A stretch of 64,000 bases of DNA from Octopus vulgaris (GCA_951406725.2 OX597833.1:25234001-25298000); one strand, 5' to 3'; counted from the stretch's first letter, positions 1-15,145 are shown. Notes: a model not told the origin generated them from the letters alone. Program-made: numbers and translations.

Positions 1-625
<625 letters not shown>

Positions 626-819
626 TAGCTATTTTTAACAAATTACGCAACCAAACAATGTTAATAGGATGGGAAAAATAAACCACAAATACGTAACAGA
701 ATAGATTCGCTTGAACATTATTGATTGATTTTCGTTCGAAATTTTATATTCAAAATTTCTCACATGAACACATCGATTGACGTGACTTTTTATATGCAGG
801 CATATACACTACATGTGTA

Positions 820-830
820 CAACTCATACA

Positions 831-866
<36 letters not shown>

Positions 867-1142
867 ACGTGCGTACACACATACATACATGCATGCCTAC
901 CTTCATACGTATGCACATATATATGCGTATATATATGCATATGAGCTGATCTACAGATGCACACATGCGTCCACACATACGTACACAAGTACATTTATAA
1001 ACATATGTGCATGCTTGCATACATAATGCCTACCTACCTGCCTACCTATCTATCTACCTACCTACCTACCTACCTACCTACCTACCTACCTACCTACCTA
1101 CCTACCTACCTACATACATACATACATACATACATACATACA

Positions 1143-1176
<34 letters not shown>

Positions 1177-1220
1177 CATACATACATGAATACATACATG
1201 CATACCTGAATACATACATA
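820..1220. repeat. Compound (TA)n/(TACC)n/(TACA)n microsatellite
   Basis: Direct reading; explains the overlapping PTYL/HTYI ORFs. Confidence 0.95.
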
Positions 1221-2563
1221 AAACATTTTAATGAAAATAGTCACGTCAGCATAAGGAACTATTCATCCGTTCGTGAGATGAATATTAACCTCTAAAACGT
1301 CTGCTATTAATGCTTACCTTGTAGAAAAATGAACCTTTTGAATATTTTTGATAAATGCAAAGGGGCTTTTATTTTTAGCTAATATCCTAGCAGTAATCGT
1401 AAATTGAAATAAATCTGATAAATAACGCGTCGATTACTACTACGTATATATCACGACAAGATTGGAAACCTGGGTCAGCTGCATCGTGTTAAAGAACTAG
1501 CAAATAAAACTCCAGTGGATTTCATAATGCATCAGAACATATACTAATTCTACAAAGTAAAAATTTTCCTTTTTATTATATGCAGGGAATGAAAGACCTC
1601 ATAGACGGTCTAAATTCTCAGTAACTCACATTTGTGTGGGAAGCAATTGCGCCAGGAAACTATGTACTCTGAGAAGAAATATGCATAATCAACGAGGAAA
1701 AGAGTATAGCAATGAAAGGTGATAGTAGTCTATATCGGTGGTATTTACCTAGGATCATATAAAAATGACTTCAGAATACAAAGAATTAAAACACAGCTCA
1801 CTGCAAGATTTAAGTAGAATTTTATTGTCTACATAGCTAAATATAGCGCACATCGAGGGAAAATATACTGATTTATATCCGAGATCATCAATATGTTGAA
1901 AAGCATGTAGCCCAATATAAAAGCGTTCAGCTATTGGACATTGTCTGTCCTGTGGTATTGTTTTGCAGATATTTGCCCACAAATGGTAGTATCAGAGACC
2001 TCCCAAAATCAGAACACACAAGGAAAATGGATTACCTCTCTCCGAAGGAATACTACCAGACTACAGGAAGACGTGTCATATTGAGATAATGTCATCATAT
2101 ATAATGCGAATAATGAATTCTGAAAGCCCACCGACAAAGAATTTCTAATAAACTATCCAACTTGTATAGAAACTTTAAACAATTTTCGTTCGCAAGTAAA
2201 ATTATTGCCCTTAGCATGATTCGAATGATACGTCAAAACCATTGTTATTGGAAAGTGTGTAGGACCATCAACCTTAAATATACATTAAACCTGTATTCAT
2301 AAAACGAAACGAAACACAAACAGTCTGTGCATGCTAATTTCGGGAGATAACCTCAAAACATCGATAACAGTTGACGACTTAGTATTATCTCCACTTCTCT
2401 GTCATAGTCATTTGCAATTGCCGCTAGGTGCTTGTTTAAATTCTCTCAAAGCAAAATTCATTCCATTACGCCAATAACATATCGTCTATACTGCATAAAT
2501 TTCTCGCTCCTTGATATGCGAATTCACGCATAGGTTGTTTTTGGCCGAATCAAGTGAACATAC

Positions 2564-3008
<445 letters not shown>

Positions 3009-3525
3009 TACAAGCGTATTACTCTTTTTGTATATGTTGTTCATGACTAAATCTTAAGACTATTGGACTGAAGGTAGTGCCAGGAATTACTGATGATATG
3101 CAAGCACGTGCTCGTATGTGTATTTATCTCCACGGGAACTATTGACATGAAAGACAAGCAAGCAGGTGTTCAGGCGTGTATTCTTTTCTTCGAGAACGAA
3201 AGCAAAAAGAAAAAAAAGAAAAACAGAGATCTTTTCTTTAATGGGAAGTTAAAGTTGTAAACTTGGCTGCTTCACATCATCGCTCATTTTCATTTAGTAT
3301 CATTTGCAATAGCCGTTACAAGTTTCTTTACTTTCTCTCGAAGTTAAAATAATGTGAGTGCATCAAAAATGTATCTTATATGTTTAGAGCACCCCTCCCA
3401 CCACAAACACACACACACATACATATGTATAACAGCATGTGCGTGTATGTGATTATGTGTGAATGTGAGTGTGTATATATATATATTTTTTTTTTTATAC
3501 ATATACATATACATATATATATGTG

Positions 3526-3646
<121 letters not shown>

Positions 3647-3654
3647 TATATTCT

Positions 3655-3836
3655 TATTTCTTTTATTCTTTCTTTCAGTCATTTGATTGCGGTCATGTTG
3701 GAACACCGCGACCCCAGAACTTATTCTTTCTAAGCCTAGTACTTATTCTATCGGTCTCTTTTGCCGAATCGCTAATTTACGGGATCATAAACACACCAAC
3801 ATCGGGTGTCAAGCGATGGTAGGGGACAAAACACAG

Positions 3837-3932
<96 letters not shown>

Positions 3933-4088
3933 GACATGCCTCTTTCAATTTCCGTCTACCAAATCCACTCAGAAGGCTTTGGTCGGCCCGATGCTATAGT
4001 AGATGACGCTCAAGTTGCCATGCAGTGGGACTGCACAAAAAAACCATGTGACTAGGAAGCAAGCTACTTACCACACAGCTACGCCTAT
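3655..4088 (-). mobile_element. Family A SINE, near full length
   Basis: Reverse complement aligns with 2564-3008 and 30459-30780, including the internal (CA)n(TA)n. Confidence 0.85.
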
Positions 4089-4104
4089 ACATATATATAT
4101 ATAT

Positions 4105-4565
4105 AACAAATGAAAGTCAGAAGATGGAATATACGAGAATATATTATTAATCACAACAATTGTTTCGACACATATAACATCGACTACTCTTGTGGGATAC
4201 ACAAAAACTGGCTCAGGAGTATCAGGTGGTGCAGACGTATCTCGTTGGGTGATAAATAAATAAAAAAAATCTCGTTAGATGACTGTTCCATAATGTAACA
4301 TTCTGTTTTGTAGAGAGAAAAACAACCAGACAGAGGAAAATTCTTCATATATATAGAAGATCGAAACATAAAATTGCAGAAGACAAAAAAGAAAAAGAGA
4401 AACGAATACTTAATCCAGCAAGAAAAGGGAAGTCAATGCTAGATGTGTCGAAACAGTCGTTGTGATTAATAATGTCTTTCATTTATTATTTACCTAACGA
4501 TCACTCTGAAAATGACCGTGCTTTACCAGTAAGCTACCAGGTGTAAACCGTTCATTTTATTATCC

Positions 4566-4570
<5 letters not shown>
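4105..4570. mobile_element. Penelope-like fold-back fragment with degenerate type I hammerhead
   Basis: About 31-bp inverted repeat 4142-4172/4443-4473; minus strand reads CAC-CTGATAC...CGAAAC-AATT-GTT-GTG with palindromic ACAATTGT stem III; flanked by (TA)n. Confidence 0.55.
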
Positions 4571-4621
<51 letters not shown>

Positions 4622-4626
<5 letters not shown>

Positions 4627-4876
4627 TAAGAAAATGGAACTGTAGCTTTAATATAATTTATTAATTGCAAAAATTCAACTTATTCTCTTTACAACTTTTT
4701 CGATGGTGCCGAAAGAATTAAATTAAATGAAAACATTATATTGGGCAAAATCTCATCAGAGCGTGTATATGTATATGTATTTTTACATATATGCATATAT
4801 TGTTACTTATATGAATATATTATTACCTAGAAGTGTATATCTTGAATTTCTACGCGCATATAAGTATGTATGTATA

Positions 4877-4940
<64 letters not shown>

Positions 4941-5543
4941 TATGTATATATATGCACTATATATATGATAAGATGAAGGTCTTTCTGACTATGATTATTT
5001 TATGCTTTATCTACTTTACATATTATTTCCATCAATTTTATAAATAAAATATAGAAATTTTCACTTATTTATTCTTCCATTCATATGATAATATCATTTA
5101 TTGTAACTCACTATCAAATCTTTATTTACCAATTATCACCTATTACCACCTGGCCGAGGTTTATACTAGTATTGGTAATTTAATCATATTCAGTCTGTTG
5201 AGCTGCTTTGTAAGTATAACATCTAATAACATAACGGTATGTCTTTTCTACTCATCTGATGAGATTTTGCCCAATATAATATTTTAATTACTGGAATTTA
5301 ATTCCTTGAGCAAAATTGAAACAGCCGTAAGAGAATATGTTGGCTTTTTGCAGCTAATAAATTATATTAATGCTACATATCCATGTTCTCAATTTTAATT
5401 TGAATATTTATAAACCATGATTCATATTTAAACTTATTATTTTATGAATATTACTATTCATGAAAAACTGATAGATTACGAAGCAGAAATTCATTGGATA
5501 CATTTATCCCTAAATGAGGATATTTTAACTTTTGTTTAAAGAC

Positions 5544-5545
<2 letters not shown>
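4622..5545. mobile_element. Penelope-like pseudo-LTR pair (inverted copy 4622-4765, forward copy about 5250-5400)
   Basis: 4622-4765 is a diverged reverse complement of 5252-5395; both carry CTGATGA...GAAA; embedded in (TA)n. Confidence 0.65.
5249..5338 (+). ncRNA. Type I minimal hammerhead ribozyme motif (Penelope-type), degenerate stem I
   Basis: CTGATGA 5256-5262; 8-bp stem II GATTTTGC/GCAAAATT; GAAA 5318-5321; stem III AC-AGCC-GT; GUA triplet ending at 5329. Confidence 0.6.
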
Positions 5546-5599
<54 letters not shown>

Positions 5600-5885
5600 A
5601 TAGGTGAATAGATAGATATGGGTTTACAAGATCAAGAGTGTTCACAAGAGTAAATTTGTGACAAAATAGAAAGAAAATGATTTTAGAAATTGATCATGGA
5701 AAAAGTAAATTAGAATTTATATTTTTAATTGAGCCGCTACCGTTTTCGATTTCCACCAGTAGATGACCTAGCATTGCTGAAATAAAATGAAAAGTAAATT
5801 CAAATATTTCAAACTAAATTAATCTTTCATAATATCTGTTCTGGATGTTCCATGATTTTCGTATAATGATCACATGGTGTTGCAT

Positions 5886-6048
<163 letters not shown>

Positions 6049-6733
6049 CTACATATATCTACACATGTATGTGCATGTGTGTGTGTGTGTGCGTGTGTGT
6101 GTTTCTTATAGCGCAATATATTACAGAGCATAACGCAAAATCTGATAGAAGCACATTAGCTAATACTATCAACGTATACTCGATTCATTTTTATCAGAAT
6201 TTTTTTTAAACACCGGAAAAGCATTTCAGGTTTGATATGGAAGCTATATTAATGGCAAGATACAAATCAAAAAATCAACAGACATACACACTATAAATGA
6301 AAAAATCTATAAAACTGACCGAGTTAACCGCTAAACAATTTTAGATCCGGCAATGGTGATTTTGTCAGTTGCAGTACCATTCACATTATACACTGTTGTT
6401 GAGTATATAAAAGGAAGAGACGGCCAACGAATTATTATCAACGTTTCATTCGGAATACGATGCTGATAAGGTCTTCAAAGGTTAATGGACTTAAGAATCT
6501 TAAGTGAACATAAAAATGTAATAAGACTCTCTCTCATTTCTCTCTCTCTCTCTCTCTCTCTCTTTTTCTCTCTCTCACCCTCTGTCCCTCTCTGTCTATC
6601 TCTCTGATTGTGTCTCTATCTTTGGTTATATATATATATATATATGTATGTATATAAACACGTACACACACACATATATATATACATATATGTATGTATG
6701 TATGTTTGTATGAATTAAATATATATGTATGAA

Positions 6734-6769
<36 letters not shown>

Positions 6770-7228
6770 TACTTACGTATATACATTTATATCTATGTGT
6801 GTGTATTTCACGTGTATACATATATATGCATGTGTGTGCACATTCATATATATGTACGTATATTATTGTGTATGTGCGTTTGTATATAAAATTTATCAGA
6901 GTAGCCATAAATTTTTTTACAGAAAGTTCAATTAATGGCAACCTAGACATTAAATATTAGTAAATAAATGTAAGACCTACTTAATATACATCGAATACTT
7001 TGTATGCATTATATAATTAAACTGAACAACATCATGCACGCACACAGAAGCACACACATACATACGCACAAATACGCACACATACATATATACATATGTG
7101 TCTCTATATGTTTACATATGTTTATATGTATATATACATTTATATACGCGTATACTTATACACACACACATAAATACATACATGCAGACACATAAATACA
7201 TATATATGTGTGTGTTGTGTGTGTGTGT

Positions 7229-7295
<67 letters not shown>

Positions 7296-8199
7296 ATTTT
7301 CCGACTGTGTAAATGTGTATAGAATAATATATCAGTTGTAACTTTATTCAACAGATACATACATACATATATAGATACATACACTTCCATAGGCACAGAC
7401 TCATGTCTATAAACATGGAAAAAGAGATACAAAGAGAATATCAGAGCATTAATTCCTTCTCTTAGAAATATATATCAAATGGACCTAATTTTAATAGAAT
7501 TTTTAAAGTAATAAATGGAAAAATGTAACATTCTGTGATACCTAAATCTTTCAGTATTTTCCACTAAAATGTCCATCAACTGCGATGACAAACATGCAAT
7601 CTTAAAATAATATTTTGTTTACCAATTGTAATTAACATTAATGACTAAGAAAATATATACATAGAGCGCATACAAAATTCATTCGCTGGAGATGAGAAAT
7701 GAGTCACAGGTTATATATAATGGCTTAGAATGACCAGTCATAACACATGAACTTCATCGCCTCTTTCATAAACAGTTACTTAACTGAATCTTCTGGGTGG
7801 ATAACAACATTGCTTGTGATATTTACTCTATCTCCTTTCGATATGGTTTTAAATCACACAGAGTTCAATTTTGACTTTGCAGTCCAGGGTGATATAGCAG
7901 TTCTGGGCTGTGAATGTTTGAATTATTACAGGGAAACACGTAAGTCTTTACTTTGTGAATTATTGGGTATTGGATTTAATGCATCACTCGGGTTAATACA
8001 GCCTCCTGATTCTAAAATGTTTAGAAGTCCAGTACATTGCAAGTCTTCATGTATGCTCTCCAGTTTGAAAAGATGTTCCTCTGACACATTTCGAAGGCCA
8101 TGAAAATATGGTATGTTCACTCTCTTTGGACGATTTAGTGAAAACCTATCAGCTGCCCCCGCCTGCGTGATTTCTTATGCTGTTTTTCTATATATAACA

Positions 8200-8600
8200 C
8201 TATTAAACCCTTTTTTCCAATGGCGCAAACCTTTCTCCATAATCAGATATTGCTTCATCCGTGATCATTAACAAAATATCTACAAAGCTCTAGTAAGATC
8301 TGATTTAGATCATTGCTCAGGTATCTTAGACAACGCTGCACACAAACCAATTCGAGAGTAACGTAGACGTACTGCACACATTATACTGTACTTCTGTTGC
8401 ATACTTAAAGATCGAAGATTAAATTCTAGCACTCTTTCTTTATCTAAAATAGAAATGTTTTGGATTTAAAAAGATATTCTAATTAATTGACAAAGGCACC
8501 CTCATTTGTAAACTAGAGCCACACGTCCATTTACACGCTGTTACATCCCTTCGCATTCACTAATATTATTGTAACACTCTCTAACCCTCTGGACTAATGG
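8200..8600 (+). mobile_element. Old CR1/L2-type LINE ORF2 fragment
   Basis: Translation IYKALVRSDLDHCSGI...RRRTAHII resembles the post-RT motif LYKxLVRPHLDYCS...QRRAxRII. Confidence 0.45.
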
Positions 8601-9007
8601 CTTACATACTCTTTTTACATGAATTTCCTGTCGCAGACGGTTCTTTTCTGATTGTCAGATATGCGGCATTTTATAATTTCTCTAATTCTTCTTTCCTCTA
8701 CATGGAACTTGTTTCGTAGGAAATCGACCAATATATGTTTAAGGTCATGGACTCTGTGCTCCCTAATTTGATTAACTAATGAAACATTAGTGGTTTATTA
8801 AAGAGACTTGATAAATATTCAAAGATATGTTGATTTTTACCGAGAGCTTTTTAATATTGATATTAACGAATGAAATGGTATTATCAGAGTTTGTCTATCA
8901 AAATTTGCATATCGGGGTTTGCTTATCGAGCTTATAAATATTTACACATAAACACATTATAATGTTTAATTCATAGCCAGTATTTGTTATTATATTGTTC
9001 ATATATG

Positions 9008-9812
9008 GTGATATGTTAGCAGAATCATCAGAGCGTCGTAATAAAATATTTTTCAGTATTAGTTCAGACTCATATTTTGAGTTGAAATTCCGCCGAATTC
9101 AACTTCACCTTTCATCCTTGTGGTGTTGATAAAATGAAGCTGTAGTCGATAGATTTGGATCTTTTCTGATGCTGTCACAAATTTGAAAATTTAAAAATCA
9201 AGTGACAAAATTCCAAATTTGCAATATTAACGTACTTTTTATACTCTAAATCCGTATTTGGGATTATTTATTTCAAGAAGAATTTAGAAAAATTTACAGA
9301 GGTTTGATGTCTGGCAATTTTTAGTCAAGTCAGACAACAGAAATCGGAAGCGGCGCAGTTTCTGCACGATAGCTGCCTGTCGCGAAATGACAGGCAGAAA
9401 TAACGTAGGGTCAAAAATATATTTCTCGTCAAAACTTGTGGTGGTGGTTGCGATGATGACTGTGCGCGTTGTACAGCGTCCTTGTTACAATGTAAAGGGA
9501 CAGATGACAGCTTTGCTCATTACTATGGAAACAGACACCAGGGTGAGATTTACGGCCATATGTATAATGGTTGCTTTCGATTTAAAGTATCCCAAATTTT
9601 AAAAGGTATTAACCTTTTAATTTTTAATCTATGCAAAAATAAATTTCATTTTGATAATTAGCGTGCAAAACTAAATCAGTATAACCAAGTTTGAAAACAA
9701 TAGCAACAAAATTGAAAAGTACGAAATCTGTGAGAGCAACCAAAAAGATCCATGAAATCGATTCAACCTATCACTCTAAAATTGGCTTCCTAGAGCCTTT
9801 ATCAGAAACCAT
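9008..9812 (+). mobile_element. Degenerate Meta-domain SINE split by a MITE
   Basis: GAGTTGAAATTCCGCCGAATTCAACTTCACCTTTCATCC...GATAAAATG matches the SINE at 33397; SINE-like tail resumes after 9752. Confidence 0.5.
9157..9751. mobile_element. MITE / non-autonomous DNA transposon with about 28-bp TIRs
   Basis: Left GGATCTTTTCTGATGCTGTCACAAATTT versus reverse complement of right end GGATCTTTTTGGTTGCTCTCACAGATTT; no coding capacity. Confidence 0.65.
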
Positions 9813-11554
9813 TAAATCGTCGATCTCGTACGGATGACTGTCCCTAGAATAATGAACATGTTAAACATCAGAATTTTTATTCAGACACAAAGAAAGAGAA
9901 GGAAAAATGTGAATAAGTGGATCTGAAATCGATTTATAATAAGCGATGGAGAGAGAAAGAGAAAAGAGATGTTTAGGTGCTAAATTTGCCGTTACTGGGA
10001 ATAAAATCATATTCCCGCTTTGTAGTTCCCTTATGTTAAAGCCTGGTGTAAGTTTGATTAAGGGGATATTCAATTTATTCATTTTCATTTAAACCGATTA
10101 GATAGATTCCGATTCATCTCATCTAACCTTATGAGAGATAACATGTTAATATGGGTTTGAAGTTTGTTGAGATAAGATATCAACAAATTTAACCAATTTT
10201 GGCTTCCATACCAATGTTGTTTGCTAGTAAGTGTAATTCATATGCTTCATAGCATAGTGAGATGCTTTGTGATTGGAAAGTGGTAAAAAACATATGGATG
10301 CCCATAAGACACACATATATGGAAACAAATTAAATATATAGACATAGACGTGTGTATCAGCGCAAGTGTTTGCGTTAGAGTATGAATAATTTGGAATGCG
10401 TGTCACAAAAAATACCTTGAAATTGCCTTGACGTGTGGAGCACCAAACGTTTTAAAGATAACAAAATGAAAATAGAAGATATCGACTATGTTAACTTTCG
10501 TCATGCATAGAAGACGACTCCCTATCCAATACACTGAATATTCTTTCTGCACAGCAATGTCCCAGTAATCTTAGGATTTTCTCCAAATTATACATGTCTA
10601 GCAGACAAATCACTGCTACTGTATTCTATGATTTAGTTTTATCTCATATATGTACATATGTACATGAATGTATATATATATATACATGTACATATACACA
10701 AACACATGCACACATACACACACGCACACACATACGCGTATGCAATTATACTTACATGTATATACATTTATATACATACATGCACATGTATGTACATATA
10801 CGTACATACATACTTCATATAACATTAGCCTTCACAAGTCGAGAAACAAAATATTTATTGAGTAGTACGATTCAAAAGTCCTAGTTAGGAATTCAGTAAG
10901 CCCCAAACATGCACAGAGCTAGTATAGCTGACGAAAGTTGGACAATATTCGATAATAACCATCACATGTTATACAGGTCATCCCACATTGAAATCAGTGT
11001 AAATTTCGATAAACTGACTGTCATTATACAACCGATGCTTTTATTGTTAGTAGGCAAATGGCCACAAATGGAAAGTGTGGTTTTATTTACAAATGTTATT
11101 TTAGCAAAGGAAAAAGAGGTTAGGTATTAAAGAAAGTATATTGAGAAGTACAAAAGAAATTATGAAGTACAAAAAAAGTACAAAAGAAAGAAGTAAGAGA
11201 GTCTCGAGGTGTGGTAACAAAATTATTAAATTAGGCATCGACGAGATAGAAGACATACAGATCTGAATGAAGATTAAGGTGCGTGATAAAGCATGAGAAC
11301 TAAAATAGGCAACATATGGTAACATTCTTAACCAAAATGCTCACATATATGTATAGACATACACCAACAGATACACACACACACGCACACACACATACAC
11401 ACACAGAGATTTTTGGACAAATGGGTATATGTCAAGTAGTGTGTTGAGTAAAGGCACGCGCACAGTTTGGACTACTTGGTGTCATCCACGGCTGGGGTTT
11501 ATTTCCGCTGGATCTACTTCAGGAAGTGGCAGCGTTACTTGAGATAATAATAAT

Positions 11555-11631
11555 CGATGAAGGAAACAGAAAATGGATTTGGCATTAGTCTTTATTCAAT
11601 AATGCCACATCCATCTTCCGTTTCCTTCATC

Positions 11632-11632
<1 letters not shown>
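11555..11632. repeat. Inverted repeat: 33-bp arms, 12-nt loop
   Basis: 11555-11587 versus 11600-11632, 3 mismatches. Confidence 0.9.
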
Positions 11633-11691
<59 letters not shown>

Positions 11692-11796
11692 GTGTATGTG
11701 TTTGTGTTTGTGTGGACATATGAATATGTATATGCATATATGCATCTATCTATCTATTTATATATATGTGTATACACACACACATATACACATATG

Positions 11797-11828
<32 letters not shown>

Positions 11829-12696
11829 AAGAAAGTGTCTACCATTTTCTTTCTACAAGGCTTCCTAAATTACCTCATGAATTATTCTCACAACAGAGCA
11901 TGAACTCCACCGTGTAAAGATGTTCATGTGTGAGGTATTATACAGGGACATGGATGGAGTCTGATATTTTAATGATATTCGGAGTTTTCGCTATTTCACT
12001 GAGTATTTTTAAAAACATATTTTCGTTGGAAAATGGTATAAAAACATTCCATTGCTATACTGAGCTGAGATAGAGACCATATATAAGCCAGCTCCATAGT
12101 TAGAAAGCTTCTAGTCAATGGAAAAACTCATCTAGTGAGAGATTGTACTGATGCATTCTAGGAGACATTTATTAGTTTATATGATCCTTCATTAAAAAAG
12201 GAAAAATATTGAGGAGATAGTAATGAGTTTTAAAGAGAAATTGGTCGCCATTATTGACCAGAGCGTTATTTAATAAAGTGTCTGTATTGATTACGTTATA
12301 ACGTTATATGTACAGTGATAGACTAGATGGGAATACCATTCATTTAACGTTTGAGTCTGAAGGAAGGGAATGTGACGATGGCTTTCGCGGGATTGATGAT
12401 ATCGTTGAGGTTCAAGTCATACCGGATTAACTGAGAGTCAATGGTTATCAGGCACACACGGATTGTGGTGGGGTATTCTAACAGCCTGAGGTTCTAGGAG
12501 TAGGTCTAAGCGAACAGTTTCAAAGCAACCTGAAGTGTCGACTCAAAAGGGACACAAGAAGCTGAAACGTGAGTAAATCAGATGTTTATGAATGTTTATG
12601 ATTATCGTGACACGATATTAGACATCTTCCAGGATTAGAGGCTACCGTAATGTTGGCAGAGTAAAGAGACTGCACACCCGTGTGGCGGAGATTGGA

Positions 12697-13126
12697 ATTG
12701 ATAAGGTCACCATATTTGACGGGTCACTATATTTATCAGATCTATATATTTATCGGGTCATTATCCTAATGAGGTAATTATATTAATCAAGTTACTATAT
12801 TGAGGAGGTAACTCTATTGGTCTATTTATTACATTGATTAATTTACGATATCGATCGGTTGACTATATTGATCGCCTAACTGTATTGATGAGGGAGCTCT
12901 ATCGCTTAGCTATACTGATCAGGACATTATATTGATCAGCTCGCTATAATGATCAGTTTGATGTACTGATCAAATGCTGTATTGATTAATCACTATATTG
13001 ATCAGGTCATTATGTTGATCAGATTGCTATATTCGTTAGGTCTCTTACTGCGTCGATTAGGTCACTGTTCTATTGATAAGTAATATATATTGATCAGGCA
13101 GCTATATTGATCAACACACTCTATTG
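12697..13126. repeat. Degenerate 17-bp minisatellite, about 25 units, consensus ATTGATCAGGTCACTAT
   Basis: Units can be phased by eye at 17-nt period with occasional short deletions. Confidence 0.85.
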
Positions 13127-14128
13127 GTATTGCAGTCTTCTATTTTCAAGAGAATAGGATGTTGCTCTTGTAAAATTTAGTACATTTAGCAGGTGATTCA
13201 GGTTCCCTTTCAAGCACATGTAGTATTGTCTTTTCAAGATTATAATGATGATCTCTTAAGAGAAAATTTTGTACAATAAATTAAGCAAATTTAATTTTCC
13301 TGAAATTTAATTTTTTAGCTCAGCATAGGATTATGTTTGAGAAAAATATATGGCCATATTACTCTTTGTGTATATAAATGCGTGTATATATGTATATATT
13401 ATACTCATGCGTTACCCCAAATAAGATAGCATATTTGTTTGCTGTAGAGAGTGTGTATTAGGCCAAACTCAAGGTAAGTGCCAGCATTGGCAGTTCCTTC
13501 TTATCACACATATAATATTTTCAGAAAGAAATTTTGTCAATAATTTCAATAAATCAAGTGATTGCGTTTAAATTTCCTCGCTAAGATTGATATCGTAAAA
13601 AGTACGGTACACATTGGAATTCTTTTTACATATAGAAGGGGTGGATAAACAGGTATACACACGAGATATTCTTGACTATTAGTCGACTAACAGCTGTTGA
13701 CAAAAGACTGTTTCCAAACAATGAAGGTACATAGACAAATAAAGTACTGCATGTTAATTGTGTTTCTTTCATATTTTTGTTGCTATTCTTTGGTAGTGTG
13801 TTTCATTATTATAATAAAATGGTAATATAACGATAAGATTTTGTTTCACTACCTTAAATTGACATTTTCGTATACCTGCAATAAAGCGTGACACGGTTGT
13901 AAGCACCTCCAAATATACAACTCAACATAACTTATCAATACGATTGAAATGTTACTGGGTACAGTGGATCTCTTAGTGGTCCAAGTTTCACGTTTGTACA
14001 AAGGTTAATATTCAAAATATCAAAAGCAAATTTGACCTGCAATAAAGTGTGATACACAGTCAACATATATATAGTTAGATAGATAGATAGATAGATAGAC
14101 AGACAGATAGTTACATTGATGCGTATAT

Positions 14129-14167
<39 letters not shown>

Positions 14168-14256
14168 TACATATATATATATATATATATACTAGCTGAA
14201 GGTGACCCGCTCTACGCGCGGGTAAGAGTGTGGCTGTTACTTTCTGTTGCTTCCTT

Positions 14257-14571
14257 TCAGCACGTGAAAAGCACCATCCGAACGTGGCCGATTGCAGCGC
14301 CGCCTTGACTGGCTTCTGTGCCAGTGGCACGTAAAAAGCACTAACCGATCGCTGCCGCTGCGAGCCCCCCCTGGCACCTGTGCCGGCGGCACGAAAAAAG
14401 CACCCACTACACTCACAGAGTGGTTGGCGTTAGGAAGGTCATCCACCTGTAGAAACACTGCCAGATCAGACTGGAGCCTGGTGCAGCCTTCTGGCTTCCC
14501 AGACCCCGGTCAAACTGTCCAACCCGTGCTAGGAGGGAAAACGGACGTTAAACGATGATGATGATGATGAT
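14257..14571 (+). mobile_element. 5'-truncated SINE with RTE-type 3' end and (GAT)n tail
   Basis: GGTTGGCGTTAGGAAGGTCATCC motif, tail ACGGACGTTAAACGATGATGATG; three internal GCACG(T)AAAAAGCAC repeats. Confidence 0.6.
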
Positions 14572-14759
14572 TCTCCCTCTTTGTTTCTCTCTCCTTTCTC
14601 TCTCACTTTCCCACTCTCTTACTTTTCTTTTCTCTCGGACTCTCCCTCGCTTTCTCTTACTCTCTATCTTTATCTATCTCTCTCCCATTTATAAACAACA
14701 AAAGATCTTGAGTAAGTTGAGAAATAAAATATTTAGAAAGATCAATCATAAATATCAGG

Positions 14760-15145
14760 CAGTGGTAACGGAAAGGTCTGCTTCAAGGCAGACAGCAAAA
14801 CGCTAACATTTAAAAGGGACAGACGAACTTGCGAGCTGAATAAAAATAATAAAATATTGGAAACCAAAGTTTGAAGGGATAGAATCTGAGGATAGTAGAG
14901 TCACCATGACTGGCATTTCTTAACGACGGACAGCAACGTATTGACAGTTTAACGGCTGGCGTAAAATTTTGAACTTGATGTAAAAGAAAATTCGTAAACA
15001 TCAAGTTTTGAAGTGATTCTTTCTCACGACAGTAGACTCAACATGGCAAGCATTCAAAACCTCTTCATCATGGACGGCAACACATTGAAGATTAAAAGGC
15101 TGGCGCAAATTTTTTAGCTTGATGTAACAGAGAATTCCTAAACAC
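14760..15145. repeat. Diverged tandem repeat of about 140 bp (2 clear copies, 1 weak)
   Basis: GGAC(A/G)GCAAC...GGCTGGCG(T/C)AAA...CTTGATGTAA...AATTC(G/C)TAAACA at about 14928-15000 and 15072-15144. Confidence 0.6.

Noticed and set aside
1755-1982. Minus ORF containing IGLHAF
   Set aside because: Resembles a transposon-associated LHAFTGCD motif only partially
12697-13126. CRISPR-like periodicity
   Set aside because: No unique spacers or invariant repeats, no cas genes, eukaryotic context
13448-13473. Possible 26-nt microexon (TGTAG|...AAG|GTAAGT)
   Set aside because: Strong donor but too short to distinguish from chance without transcript data
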